This document shows, one piece after another, positions 37,748-46,597 of a stretch of 64,000 nucleotides of DNA. A program made the translations under genes and the position numbers. Positions within the stretch are counted from its first letter, which is position 1, and every line of letters starts with the position of its first letter. This DNA comes from Dehalococcoidia bacterium. GTDB lineage: Bacteria; Chloroflexota; Dehalococcoidia; UBA6926. The stretch is taken from positions 1-64,000 of the forward strand of contig CAXXET010000007.1 in the NCBI GenBank assembly GCA_963666115.2, written 5' to 3'. The notes beneath the pieces were generated by a model. That model ran no database searches. It saw nothing but the letters and a program-made list of their open reading frames with translations, and was not told the origin of the DNA.

Positions 37748-40210
37748 TCATGCCTGGGAGCGAAGCGCCGCGCCCGTCTCTCGTTGCAGTTTATCCAACA
37801 ACTGCGCCTCTGCCACGTCTACCTCAGTATCCGTCAATGTGCGCGTCGGTGACTGCCATACAAGCGAAAAGGCGAGAGACTTCTTCCCGTCCGGCACTTG
37901 CGGCCCGTGATAGACGTCCACGAGGGAAGCTCGCACGACGGACGGAAAGTCGCGGATGATGTCCCCCACCATCCCTGCAGGCGCGCCCTCGTCGATAATC
38001 AACGACAACTCCCGCAGCACGCCGGGGTAGCGGGAGACGGACTGCCACGTCCGCTCGGCCTCGCGGCGATGGTCGAGGGCGGCGTGCAGATCAATCTCGT
38101 AAAGGACGACACGCGGTGCGCGAATATCGAGCGCCGCCAGCGTATCCGGGTGAACCTCGCCGATAGTCCCGAAAGGCCGTCCGCCGTCCTCCGGCAGGAT
38201 ATGAGCCGTGCGCCCATGCGCCAGGATGCGGTCCTCGGCGGGTTCGTAGCGTGCGCGGACACCAATCGCGCCAAGCAGGCTCTCGACAAGTCCCTTCGCG
38301 TCGAAGAAGTCCATCTCGTCGGTGGCGGCCTCGTTGCCGCCGATCCATGAACGATTCGCCCGCATTCCCGCCATCACGCCGGTGACGTATGTCCGCTCCT
38401 CCGGCTGGTGGCGCGGGCCGTGCGGCAGGTACGCCTGCCCGATTTCGAAGAGCCGGTACGATTCCCTGCCAATGCCGCGTTCATTGTTCGCAAGCGTTCG
38501 CAGCAGGCTGCCCCGCAGCGTGGTTCTCAGATACTCCTGGTCGGGCGACATGCGATTCCAGACGCGCAGGGGGTCCTGCGGCGCGTCGCCGGGGATTGTG
38601 GTCTGCAGCAAATCCATCGGCACCAGTGGATAGGAAATCGTTTCCCGGTTGCCAAGCCGCACGAGAGCATCGCGCACGTCGTCCTTGATCTGCGTTATGG
38701 GCTCCGGCAGGTCAGGCTCGCCGGTGGCCGGCAACAGTGTGACCGGCACGGCGTCATAGCCGACGATCCGTGCCACCTCCTCGATCAGGTCGTCCGGTAT
38801 CCCGATGTCCGTCCGCCAGTGCGGCATGACCGCGTCGATAGTGTATTCACCGTCTGCCCTGTCCGTGGCCGTCACCTCAAAGCCGAGCGAACGCAGCGTC
38901 CGCTCCGATACCTCACGCCCCGGGTCGCTGCCCATCACCTGCTTCATGCGCTCCGATGTCATGGTCACAACCCCAGGATCGCGGCGGTCCGGCCAATCGT
39001 CCGCGATACCCCTGGCAGCAGTCCCGCCGCAGAGTTCAACCAGCATCTTGGCGGCCCGGCGGAGGCCGATGGGCGGCAGGGTAATCGGCAGATTGCGCTC
39101 GAAGCGCTGGGATGCCTCCGTGCCCCGCTTGCCGCCCACCTCGATGCGCCGCCGCTGCACCGTGCGGCGTGTGCTGGCGAAGCCAAATGACGCAGACTCC
39201 AGGATGATGTCTGTCGTGGAATCCGAGACTTCCGAGTTCTCACCACCCATGATGCCGCCCAGGCCGACCGGGCCGTTCTCATCCGCGATGACAAGGTCTT
39301 CTGTGGAAAGCGTGTGGACGCGCCCGTCCAGCGTCATGAGCGGCTCATCCGGCGTCGCGCGCCGCACGATGAGTTTGCCGCCCGCAATGGTGTCGCGGTC
39401 GAATGCGTGGAGCGGCTGCCCAATCTCCAGCATGACGTAGTTCGTGATGTCGACCACGTTGGAGATGGGCCGCACACCGGCGGACTTCAGCCGCAGCTGC
39501 ATCCAGCCCGGCGCAGGGCCGACGGTCACGCCCGTGACCAGTGCCGATGTATAGCGCGGCGCAAACTCCGGCGCGCGCAGGTCAACAAGGTCCGTCGTTG
39601 TTATCGGGTCTCCGTCCTCGGCGTACTCCAGTGAGGGCACGCGCACCGGATTGCCGGTAAGCGCCCCCACCTCCCACGCAACGCCCATCATGGACAGGCA
39701 GTCAGGCCGGTTGGCCGTAACTTCAACGTCCAGGATGACGTCGCCCAGGTAGTCCTCCAGAGGAGTGCCGGGCACGGCATCATCCGGCAGGACAAGGATG
39801 CCTTCATGGTCATCGCCAAGCGCAAGTTCTCGCTCGGAGCAGATCATCCCCTCCGAGACGACGCCGCGAATCTTCGCCGCCTTCAGCGTCTCCCGGTTGC
39901 CCGTCTCCGGGTGTGTCAGTGTGGCTCCGACGCGGGCGAGAACGATCTTCTGACCGCCCTCCACGTTCGGCGCCCCGCAGATGACCTCCAGTTGCTCCGA
40001 GCCTGTATCGACGGTGGCCAGCTTGAGACGATCCGCGTTCGGGTGCGGGCCAAGCCGCTCAACGTGGCCGACGAGGATGTTGTCCCAATCCCCCCCGACG
40101 CGCTCGATGGAGCCCACCTCGAGGCCGGCCATCGTCAGCCGATGCGCCAGCTCCTCCGGCGTCAGGTCAAAATCGACGTATTCTCTTAGCCACTTGAGCG
40201 ACACGCGCAT
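37748..40210 (-). CDS. pheT: Phenylalanine--tRNA ligase beta subunit
   Basis: MRVSLKWLREYV, HPNADRL, CGAPNV, NRPDCLS, DLIEEVARIVGYD, FDX-ACB tail. Confidence 0.97.
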   Translation of the reverse strand: MRVSLKWLREYVDFDLTPEELAHRLTMAGLEVGSIERVGGDWDNILVGHVERLGPHPNADRLKLATVDTGSEQLEVICGAPNVEGGQKIVLARVGATLTHPETGNRETLKAAKIRGVVSEGMICSERELALGDDHEGILVLPDDAVPGTPLEDYLGDVILDVEVTANRPDCLSMMGVAWEVGALTGNPVRVPSLEYAEDGDPITTTDLVDLRAPEFAPRYTSALVTGVTVGPAPGWMQLRLKSAGVRPISNVVDITNYVMLEIGQPLHAFDRDTIAGGKLIVRRATPDEPLMTLDGRVHTLSTEDLVIADENGPVGLGGIMGGENSEVSDSTTDIILESASFGFASTRRTVQRRRIEVGGKRGTEASQRFERNLPITLPPIGLRRAAKMLVELCGGTAARGIADDWPDRRDPGVVTMTSERMKQVMGSDPGREVSERTLRSLGFEVTATDRADGEYTIDAVMPHWRTDIGIPDDLIEEVARIVGYDAVPVTLLPATGEPDLPEPITQIKDDVRDALVRLGNRETISYPLVPMDLLQTTIPGDAPQDPLRVWNRMSPDQEYLRTTLRGSLLRTLANNERGIGRESYRLFEIGQAYLPHGPRHQPEERTYVTGVMAGMRANRSWIGGNEAATDEMDFFDAKGLVESLLGAIGVRARYEPAEDRILAHGRTAHILPEDGGRPFGTIGEVHPDTLAALDIRAPRVVLYEIDLHAALDHRREAERTWQSVSRYPGVLRELSLIIDEGAPAGMVGDIIRDFPSVVRASLVDVYHGPQVPDGKKSLAFSLVWQSPTRTLTDTEVDVAEAQLLDKLQRETGAALRSQA

Positions 40211-40219
40211 CGCGTCGTC

Positions 40220-40528
40220 CTATTCCGTTCGCTCCGTATCGTCAGCCGTTTCAGTTCCGTCGTCGCCACCGTGGTCCTGCCCCTGCTGCGCGATGGACTC
40301 GGCAGTTGCGAGGTCGCTCGGCCCCGCCGCCATGTGCCTCATCGTAAGGCGGAAGCGCGGCGGCTTGTTTGAGGTTGACCGCACAAGGTACACGTTCCCG
40401 CACGCATGACAGTGAAACCGGTGCGGCACCAGGTTCGACGGCAACCGGCTATGCCCTTCATAGTAGACGAGGGCATTGCAGCTGGGGCAATTCTGCCGGG
40501 TGGGGACGGGACCGCCGAGCGTGGTCAT
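40220..40528 (-). CDS. Hypothetical zinc-ribbon protein
   Basis: CPSC...CHAC; stop lies 9 nt before the pheT start. Confidence 0.6.
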   Translation of the reverse strand: MTTLGGPVPTRQNCPSCNALVYYEGHSRLPSNLVPHRFHCHACGNVYLVRSTSNKPPRFRLTMRHMAAGPSDLATAESIAQQGQDHGGDDGTETADDTERTE

Positions 40529-40555
40529 GCCGTATGCGCGCCCCCGGCCAGCGAA

Positions 40556-40816
40556 CTATGCCTCGCGCAGCGAGACAAGAGTGTCCTGCTCCGTATCCTG
40601 GATTTCACGGACGACCCCCATTCCCTCGGCAACCGACATCGGGCCAAGCATATCGCGCTGCGCGTCGCGCAGTCTGTCGGCCAGTTCCATGAAGTGGACG
40701 CGCCGGTCCGTGTCAATCGACCTCTCGGCCGCCGAACCCACGCACCCCAACAGTATGCCGAACTCCTCCGGCGACAGCGAAAGCGCGACCTTTACCTGTT
40801 CTGCCCGTTCAGTCAT
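40556..40816 (-). CDS. Hypothetical protein
   Basis: 86 aa with a strong RBS (GGAGGAGGT). Confidence 0.6.
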   Translation of the reverse strand: MTERAEQVKVALSLSPEEFGILLGCVGSAAERSIDTDRRVHFMELADRLRDAQRDMLGPMSVAEGMGVVREIQDTEQDTLVSLREA

Positions 40817-40873
40817 CTCAACCTCCTCCGATTCTCGGATTCCCTCTCTGCGTCCCGCGCTGTTCCCACCAAC

Positions 40874-41926
40874 CTAGAACTGCTCCAAAAAGCTCAGATC
40901 GTTGGCGTAGAAATGCCGTATATCGTCGATGCCGTGCCGGAGCATCGCTATCCGTTCCGGCCCCATCCCAAAGGCGAAGCCCGTGTACTCATCAGGGTCA
41001 TAGCCGACACGCCGCAGGACCTCCGGGTGAACCATGCCGGCGCCCATGATCTCAATCCAGCCGGTTTGGCTGCAGATGCGGCAGCCATCCTCGTCACAAG
41101 CGAAGCAGTCGATGGCCATGTCAACTCCTGGCTCAACAAAGGGGAAGAAGTCACAGCGAAAGCGGACGCGGCGGTCTGGGCCGAACATGCGCCGCGCAAA
41201 CGCGTACAACGTGCCTTTGAGGTCTGCGAACGTGATGCCGCGGTCAACGGCGAGGCCCTCAACCTGGAAGAAGACGGATTCGTGGGAGGCGTCCGTCGCC
41301 TCGTGCCGGAACACGCGACCCGGAACGAGCACGCGGATCGGCGGCTCCTGCGCCTCCATGATCCGCACCTGCATCGGCGACGTGTGCGTTCGCAGCAGCA
41401 GCGGCCTCTTGCCGTCATCATCCTCGATGTCGAGCCACAGGGTGTCCCATTGATCACGGGCCGGGTGGTCTGCCGGAATGTTCAGCGCCTCGAAGTTGTA
41501 GTAGTCCCACTCGACCTCGGGCCCCTCGATGACGCGAAAACCCATCGGCTTGAACGCGTCGATGATCTCGCGCATCGTCTGGGTTGTGGGGTGCAGCCCG
41601 CCGGAGGGGACTTGGCGTCCCGGCAGCGTCACGTCAATGGCCTCTGCCGACAGCCTTTGCGACACGCTCGCGTGCTCAAGCACGGCGCGGCGCTCCTCAT
41701 ACGCGCTTTCAAGGGCAGAGCGAACGCGATTGGCAAGCTGCCCCGCCTCGCGGCGATCCTCAATGGGGAGCGTCGGCAACTGCTCCAGCAGCTTGGGAAG
41801 ACGACCTTGACGACGCCCCTGCCACGCCACACGCCATTGTTCAAGCGCATCCCTGTCCGAGATGCGCCCAAGCTCAGCGAGCGCGCTGCTCTCAGCGTCA
41901 GCAAGTTCGTCGGTGAGTGTGGACAT
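40874..41926 (-). CDS. pheS: Phenylalanine--tRNA ligase alpha subunit
   Basis: HPARD, LLRTHTSP, FFPFVEPG, GAGMVHP, GFAFGMG.ER. Confidence 0.97.
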   Translation of the reverse strand: MSTLTDELADAESSALAELGRISDRDALEQWRVAWQGRRQGRLPKLLEQLPTLPIEDRREAGQLANRVRSALESAYEERRAVLEHASVSQRLSAEAIDVTLPGRQVPSGGLHPTTQTMREIIDAFKPMGFRVIEGPEVEWDYYNFEALNIPADHPARDQWDTLWLDIEDDDGKRPLLLRTHTSPMQVRIMEAQEPPIRVLVPGRVFRHEATDASHESVFFQVEGLAVDRGITFADLKGTLYAFARRMFGPDRRVRFRCDFFPFVEPGVDMAIDCFACDEDGCRICSQTGWIEIMGAGMVHPEVLRRVGYDPDEYTGFAFGMGPERIAMLRHGIDDIRHFYANDLSFLEQF

Positions 41927-41970
41927 GTTCCCCGCGCCTATGTGACTGTCCGTACTCGATAACCGGAATC

Positions 41971-41995
41971 AAAAACGCCCGTCCCCTGACGGACA
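41971..41995 (-). terminator. Hairpin + T5 in the pheS leader (possible attenuator)
   Basis: TGTCCGTC-AGGG-GACGGGCG-TTTTT on the minus strand. Confidence 0.45.
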
Positions 41996-42004
41996 ACAGC
42001 AGTG

Positions 42005-42034
42005 ATTATACCGCCTCCCCTATTGAGCGGTCAA
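42005..42034 (-). promoter_or_regulatory. Putative sigma70 promoter of pheS
   Basis: TTGACC-18 nt-TATAAT. Confidence 0.65.
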
Positions 42035-42078
42035 CCTGAGCCGCGTCTCGCGCCGTCAGCGGGACACGCGATGCCGCC

Positions 42079-42597
42079 TTACCCGGCGTCCCCGTCACCA
42101 CCCACGGTCAGGGGAGGAAAGCCGTCGCCCAGGGCGAGCATGCGCGCCTCTGTCCGGGCGAAAATCCCGAACTCCTCCGGCGTCATCCCGGAGTGCCGGA
42201 TGAGCGCCTTGAGCGCGCCCCGCTTGATCATCTCCACGCCCGGCACCCCCGGCGCGACCAAAACAGGCGGGCGCTCGTCCTCAAACGCGCTCTGCTGCTG
42301 ATCGCCGATGTCCACCTGGACCTCGACCGTCTCGCACGTCAGCGGCAGGTCGTCGTCAGCGCGCGCCGCGAGAATCTCGTAGAGCTCATCGCCCACATAA
42401 TCCACCGAATCCGCGGGCGGCGGCATATCGTCCTCAGCCCACGCCGTCAACGATTGCCCGATGGCCGCCTCGATACCCGCGAAAGCCTCCTCCCGCGTCT
42501 CACCCTGCGCCACACACCCCGGCAGCGCCGGACAATGCACAGAGAACCCCCCGGCAAGTTCAGGCTCGATGATGACCGTGTACTGCGCCAACGCCAT
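42079..42597 (-). CDS. hicB: HicB family protein with a C-terminal HicA-like fragment
   Basis: YTVIIEPE..GGFSVHCPALPGCVAQGETREEA (HicB); tail IKRGALKALIRHSGMTPEEF. Start set at ATG 42597. Confidence 0.78.
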   Translation of the reverse strand: MALAQYTVIIEPELAGGFSVHCPALPGCVAQGETREEAFAGIEAAIGQSLTAWAEDDMPPPADSVDYVGDELYEILAARADDDLPLTCETVEVQVDIGDQQQSAFEDERPPVLVAPGVPGVEMIKRGALKALIRHSGMTPEEFGIFARTEARMLALGDGFPPLTVGGDGDAG

Positions 42598-42712
42598 AAC
42601 GCATTCATTGTAGCCGCCGCGCGGCATAGACAGGCGCGGTATCGTGTCCGTAGACGAAATGACTCCCGGCTCGCCGGGATATGACGAGACAGTGCAGAGA
42701 GGCGGACACGTC

Positions 42713-45079
42713 ATGGCGAGGCGCGCACGGATGCTGTGGCTCACGGCGGGCTGCCTCCTCGCGCTTGCGACAGCCTCAGCCTGCGATTCTGACCCGCCGT
42801 CTACGCCCCAGATGAGAGATTCAATCCTGCCTCTGCCATCCATACAGGTGCTCGCGCCGACGGCAACCGCGACGGCTACGCCAACTCCAACACCGGTTCC
42901 AACAGCAACCTTCACGCCCCGGCCAACGCCAACTCCATCACCAACTCCGACGCCAACACCCGCGCCGGAGGAGAAGGGGTACGTGCCGGCGCCCCAAGAA
43001 CCGTGCACTCCTTCCACACATGGCGATCTCCATTACCATGGAGAACTGAGTCTTGAGGAGCACGTCAGTTTTCATTATCGCAGCCGACATAACTATACAC
43101 CGGGCTTCAGATACCGCTTTGACGTAACCTATCATGAATCCCATCAACATTTTGTCCACTGGGCTGAAGATGGTTCCCGTTTGGTCTTCGATATCGACGA
43201 TACAATCTGGGCCCTTGACGCCGAATCCGGACACCTGGCAGAGCTTGTCGACACCGACACAGATTATGACAATCTCGACAGATCACACAGGAGAAGCTTC
43301 GATCGACAACCATTTGGAGCCCGTATGGCATACGGATTCTATGCCGATGTCTCTCCGGATGGTTCTCAGATCGTCTACTCTACCTGCGAGTATCCGCTGA
43401 CAGAATGGGATGAAGAAGCACAGGGAATGGCGGCGCAGGGTTATGAACTCGCAATGATCGGCGCCGACGGCACCAGTAAACTCCGGTTGACGGACAATGA
43501 TTCCTTTGAGCACTACCCGGCATGGTCGCCGGACGGAACGAAGATCGCCTTCCTGGTGAACGACGGCTCACATGATTATCAGGACGCCGCCCAACTCGCG
43601 ATCTTGTCTCTGCCGACTGGACACGTTCGCCTTCTGCCACAGCCGTCTCGCCTCGCGCTAAGCCCACCGGCATGGTCGCCCGATGGGCAGCACCTGGCCG
43701 TTGCCGTCAACGAGGGAGAAGTAGTGGGATGGTCTGAATCGTATGTCCGCGCGCTCTACGTGGTTCGCGCAGACGGCTCGGCGGTGCACAGGATTGGGCC
43801 GGCTACAACGCCTGCCACATGGTCCCCGGACGGTCGTTACCTTGCATTTGGACTGACGGAGGTCACTGAAGAGGACGGGTCATATACGGGCCTTTACACC
43901 GTTCGGCGGGATGGCATGGATATGCGTCGACTCTGGGACAGGGAAATCGCTGATTTTCGCCAGGACTGGAATTGGGATGATCCGTCGATACGCAATGGCC
44001 AAATATCAAACGTGGTGTGGTCGCCGGACGGTTCCGAGATACTCTTCGTCTCTGAGGGCGTGCATGTTATCCGACCGGACGGCAATGGGCTGCGCACACT
44101 GTCCGGTGGCTCCATGAGGTCCACTCGCGCTGCATGGTCACCGGATGGACAGCGAATCGTGACTCACCACCCGAACTACCAGATTATCTCCGTGGAACTC
44201 GACGGGTCGGACATGCGAACCCTAATGGAGATACCCGTCAGTACCGAGACATGCTCCAACGGTTCTTCGGTCTACCGCCGGGGGTGGTGGGAAGAACCTA
44301 ACCCCAACAATTGCTTTACGCTGTTGACCGTCCGGAATCACTTTGCCGACCGAGGTATCTTCCTGCCATGGAGCACTTCCGTCCACATGTTCGCATGGCC
44401 CGGCGTCTCACTCATCGAAACCTATGACGATTACGGTGGCGGCGGTGTCTCGGGGCTTGATCTTCGGGACAAAGGGCTCACCGGCTCCATCCCGGTCGAG
44501 ATATTTGAACTGTCGCCTCTCTACGGGCTGGATCTGGGGAACAACGACCTTGAGGGAGAAATCCCGCCGTCATTGGGGGCTCTCACCTATCTATGGGAGC
44601 TGGACCTCAGTGGCAACAGGCTTGAGGGGGAAATCCCTGCGTCGTTGGGCAATCTCACTGATCTAAGGGAGCTGGACCTCAGTGGGAACAGACTTGGGGG
44701 GGAAATCCCTGCGTCATTGGGCAATCTCGCCGGTCTGTTGACGCTGGACCTCAGTGGCAACAGGCTTGGCGGGGAGATTCCCTTAGCGCTCGGCAGTCTT
44801 GTAGATTTGCTTGAGTTGGACATCTCAAACAATCGATTGACCGGCAAGATTCCGCCGGAATTGGGCAACCTCGGAAAGGGTGCCTGGAATGACTACTATT
44901 TTTTGCGTAAACTAAACCTTTCGTTTAACGAACTATACGGAACCTTGCCACCCGAGCTGGCGCCCCTTAACCCTGCTAGCCTAAGCCTTGAGGGCAACAA
45001 CTTCGTCGGGTGTGTCCCGCTTAAACTAGGCCAGCAATGGGTAGAGGCAAGCGGCCTCGAATACTGCGAGCCGGGATGA
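42713..45079 (+). CDS. Lipoprotein with a TolB-like (PD40) beta-propeller and plant-type leucine-rich repeats
   Basis: ASAC lipobox, PT linker, repeated WSPDG, 24-aa LRRs LDLSGNRLxGEIPxSLGNL. Start set at ATG 42713. Confidence 0.88.
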   Translation: MARRARMLWLTAGCLLALATASACDSDPPSTPQMRDSILPLPSIQVLAPTATATATPTPTPVPTATFTPRPTPTPSPTPTPTPAPEEKGYVPAPQEPCTPSTHGDLHYHGELSLEEHVSFHYRSRHNYTPGFRYRFDVTYHESHQHFVHWAEDGSRLVFDIDDTIWALDAESGHLAELVDTDTDYDNLDRSHRRSFDRQPFGARMAYGFYADVSPDGSQIVYSTCEYPLTEWDEEAQGMAAQGYELAMIGADGTSKLRLTDNDSFEHYPAWSPDGTKIAFLVNDGSHDYQDAAQLAILSLPTGHVRLLPQPSRLALSPPAWSPDGQHLAVAVNEGEVVGWSESYVRALYVVRADGSAVHRIGPATTPATWSPDGRYLAFGLTEVTEEDGSYTGLYTVRRDGMDMRRLWDREIADFRQDWNWDDPSIRNGQISNVVWSPDGSEILFVSEGVHVIRPDGNGLRTLSGGSMRSTRAAWSPDGQRIVTHHPNYQIISVELDGSDMRTLMEIPVSTETCSNGSSVYRRGWWEEPNPNNCFTLLTVRNHFADRGIFLPWSTSVHMFAWPGVSLIETYDDYGGGGVSGLDLRDKGLTGSIPVEIFELSPLYGLDLGNNDLEGEIPPSLGALTYLWELDLSGNRLEGEIPASLGNLTDLRELDLSGNRLGGEIPASLGNLAGLLTLDLSGNRLGGEIPLALGSLVDLLELDISNNRLTGKIPPELGNLGKGAWNDYYFLRKLNLSFNELYGTLPPELAPLNPASLSLEGNNFVGCVPLKLGQQWVEASGLEYCEPG
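44595..44783 (+). repeat. 72-bp tandem repeat encoding LRR units
   Basis: GCTGGACCTCAGTGG(C/G)AACAG recurs three times at 72-nt spacing. Confidence 0.85.
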
Positions 45080-45171
45080 CGAAGATCGTCGATTAACATC
45101 GACCCTCTGCGATTCAGTCTCAACTGTGGCACGTGGTTCATTTTGGGCGCGTCGGCGGATAGTCTGTCTGT

Positions 45172-46482
45172 ATGGATGCAAGGCCGAAAACGCCCGCGCC
45201 GCCCCGGGGAGGACGGCGCTTCTACTATGGGTGGGTGATTGTGGCGACGATGTTCATCGTCTCCGTCGCCCAGACGGCCCAGTACAACCCGGCCATCAGC
45301 GTCTTCGTCAAACCCATCACCCAGGAGTTCGGGTGGAGCCGCACGACGTTCTCGACCGCGATCGGCATTGGTGGAATCGTCGGCGCCGGCCTCGCCGTGA
45401 TCATCGGGCCGATCCTAGACAGGCGCGGCCCGCGCATACCGACCCTGATCGCGTTCATGCTGCTGGGCGGGGTTGTGATGTCCTTGAGCCAGATATCCGA
45501 AGTCTGGCAGTTCTACACGATCATCATCACGAACCGGGCACTGAATACAGGCTTCCTGTCCATCGTTGCGGGCGTCGTCGTCTCCAAGTGGTTCATCCGG
45601 CGGCGCGGGCGCGCAATGTCGTTCTCCATCACCGGCATCCGCTTTGGCCAGGCGATCTTCCCGCCCTACGCAACGTTCTTCGTTCTGCGATCTGGCTGGC
45701 AGAGTGCCGCGATTGCCCTCGGCGCGTTGGTATGGGCGATGACCCTCGTGCCGGTTGCGCTGTTCCTGCGGCGGCAGCCGGAGGACATGGGGCTGCGGCC
45801 CGACGGCGACACCCCTGTAGATGAGGACGACGACGGATTCGATTCGCCCCAATCATATGCCGCGACCGAAGAGGCGTCATTCACGCTGTCGCAGGCGCTG
45901 CGCACGCGCGCGTTCTACCTAATCCTGTTCGCCACGAGCGCCCTTGCCTTCAACATCGGCGGCATCAACTTCAACCTCTTCCCGTACATGACCGACCAGG
46001 GGATGTCGGAGGCTCAAGCCGCGATGATCCTGACGGCGTGGTCGCTGGTGGGCGCGACAGGGTCGCTGATCGTGGGATTCGTGGCAGAGCGGATGCACGT
46101 GCGGTTCGTGATGGCCCTGGCTTTCTCGTTCGCGACGGCGGGCGTCGGGCTGCTCATCATCACGGATGACGTGCCGACGGCGCTCGTGTTCTCGCTCGTG
46201 CATGGCCTGTCGTTCGGCTCGCTGCCCATGCTGATGAACCTGGTATGGGCGGACTACTACGGCAGGCGGCACCAGGGGGCGATACGCGGGTTTACCACGC
46301 CGTTCCAGGTCATCGTGCAGGCGGGCGGGCCCATCATCGGCACGCTGTCGTACGATTTCATCGACACATACCTGCCGGCGTTCATCTTGTTCGCCGCGCT
46401 CTATCTGCTCAGCGCCCTCGCGATGCTGCTGGCGCGGCCGGCGCCGCATCCGGACGCTGTGGCAACTCGGAGCGAGGTGTGA
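45172..46482 (+). CDS. MFS transporter (MCT/OFA-like)
   Basis: FYYGWVIV, GPILDRRGPR, WF.RRRGRA, about 12 TM segments. Confidence 0.92.
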   Translation: MDARPKTPAPPRGGRRFYYGWVIVATMFIVSVAQTAQYNPAISVFVKPITQEFGWSRTTFSTAIGIGGIVGAGLAVIIGPILDRRGPRIPTLIAFMLLGGVVMSLSQISEVWQFYTIIITNRALNTGFLSIVAGVVVSKWFIRRRGRAMSFSITGIRFGQAIFPPYATFFVLRSGWQSAAIALGALVWAMTLVPVALFLRRQPEDMGLRPDGDTPVDEDDDGFDSPQSYAATEEASFTLSQALRTRAFYLILFATSALAFNIGGINFNLFPYMTDQGMSEAQAAMILTAWSLVGATGSLIVGFVAERMHVRFVMALAFSFATAGVGLLIITDDVPTALVFSLVHGLSFGSLPMLMNLVWADYYGRRHQGAIRGFTTPFQVIVQAGGPIIGTLSYDFIDTYLPAFILFAALYLLSALAMLLARPAPHPDAVATRSEV

Positions 46483-46597
46483 GGATGGGAATATCTGCGG
46501 CTTGCTTAGGCATGGCGCACGTATCTACTCTTGGGAGTGAGCAAAGTCATGCCGGGGGCGGAAACGCGACCCGGCCAACCAGGGGACTAGTGGGGAC

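Noticed and set aside
42598-43017. N-terminal extension of the 42079 ORF (312 aa)
   Set aside because: The GVGVG text is the antisense of the lipoprotein's PT linker; HicB similarity starts at 42597.
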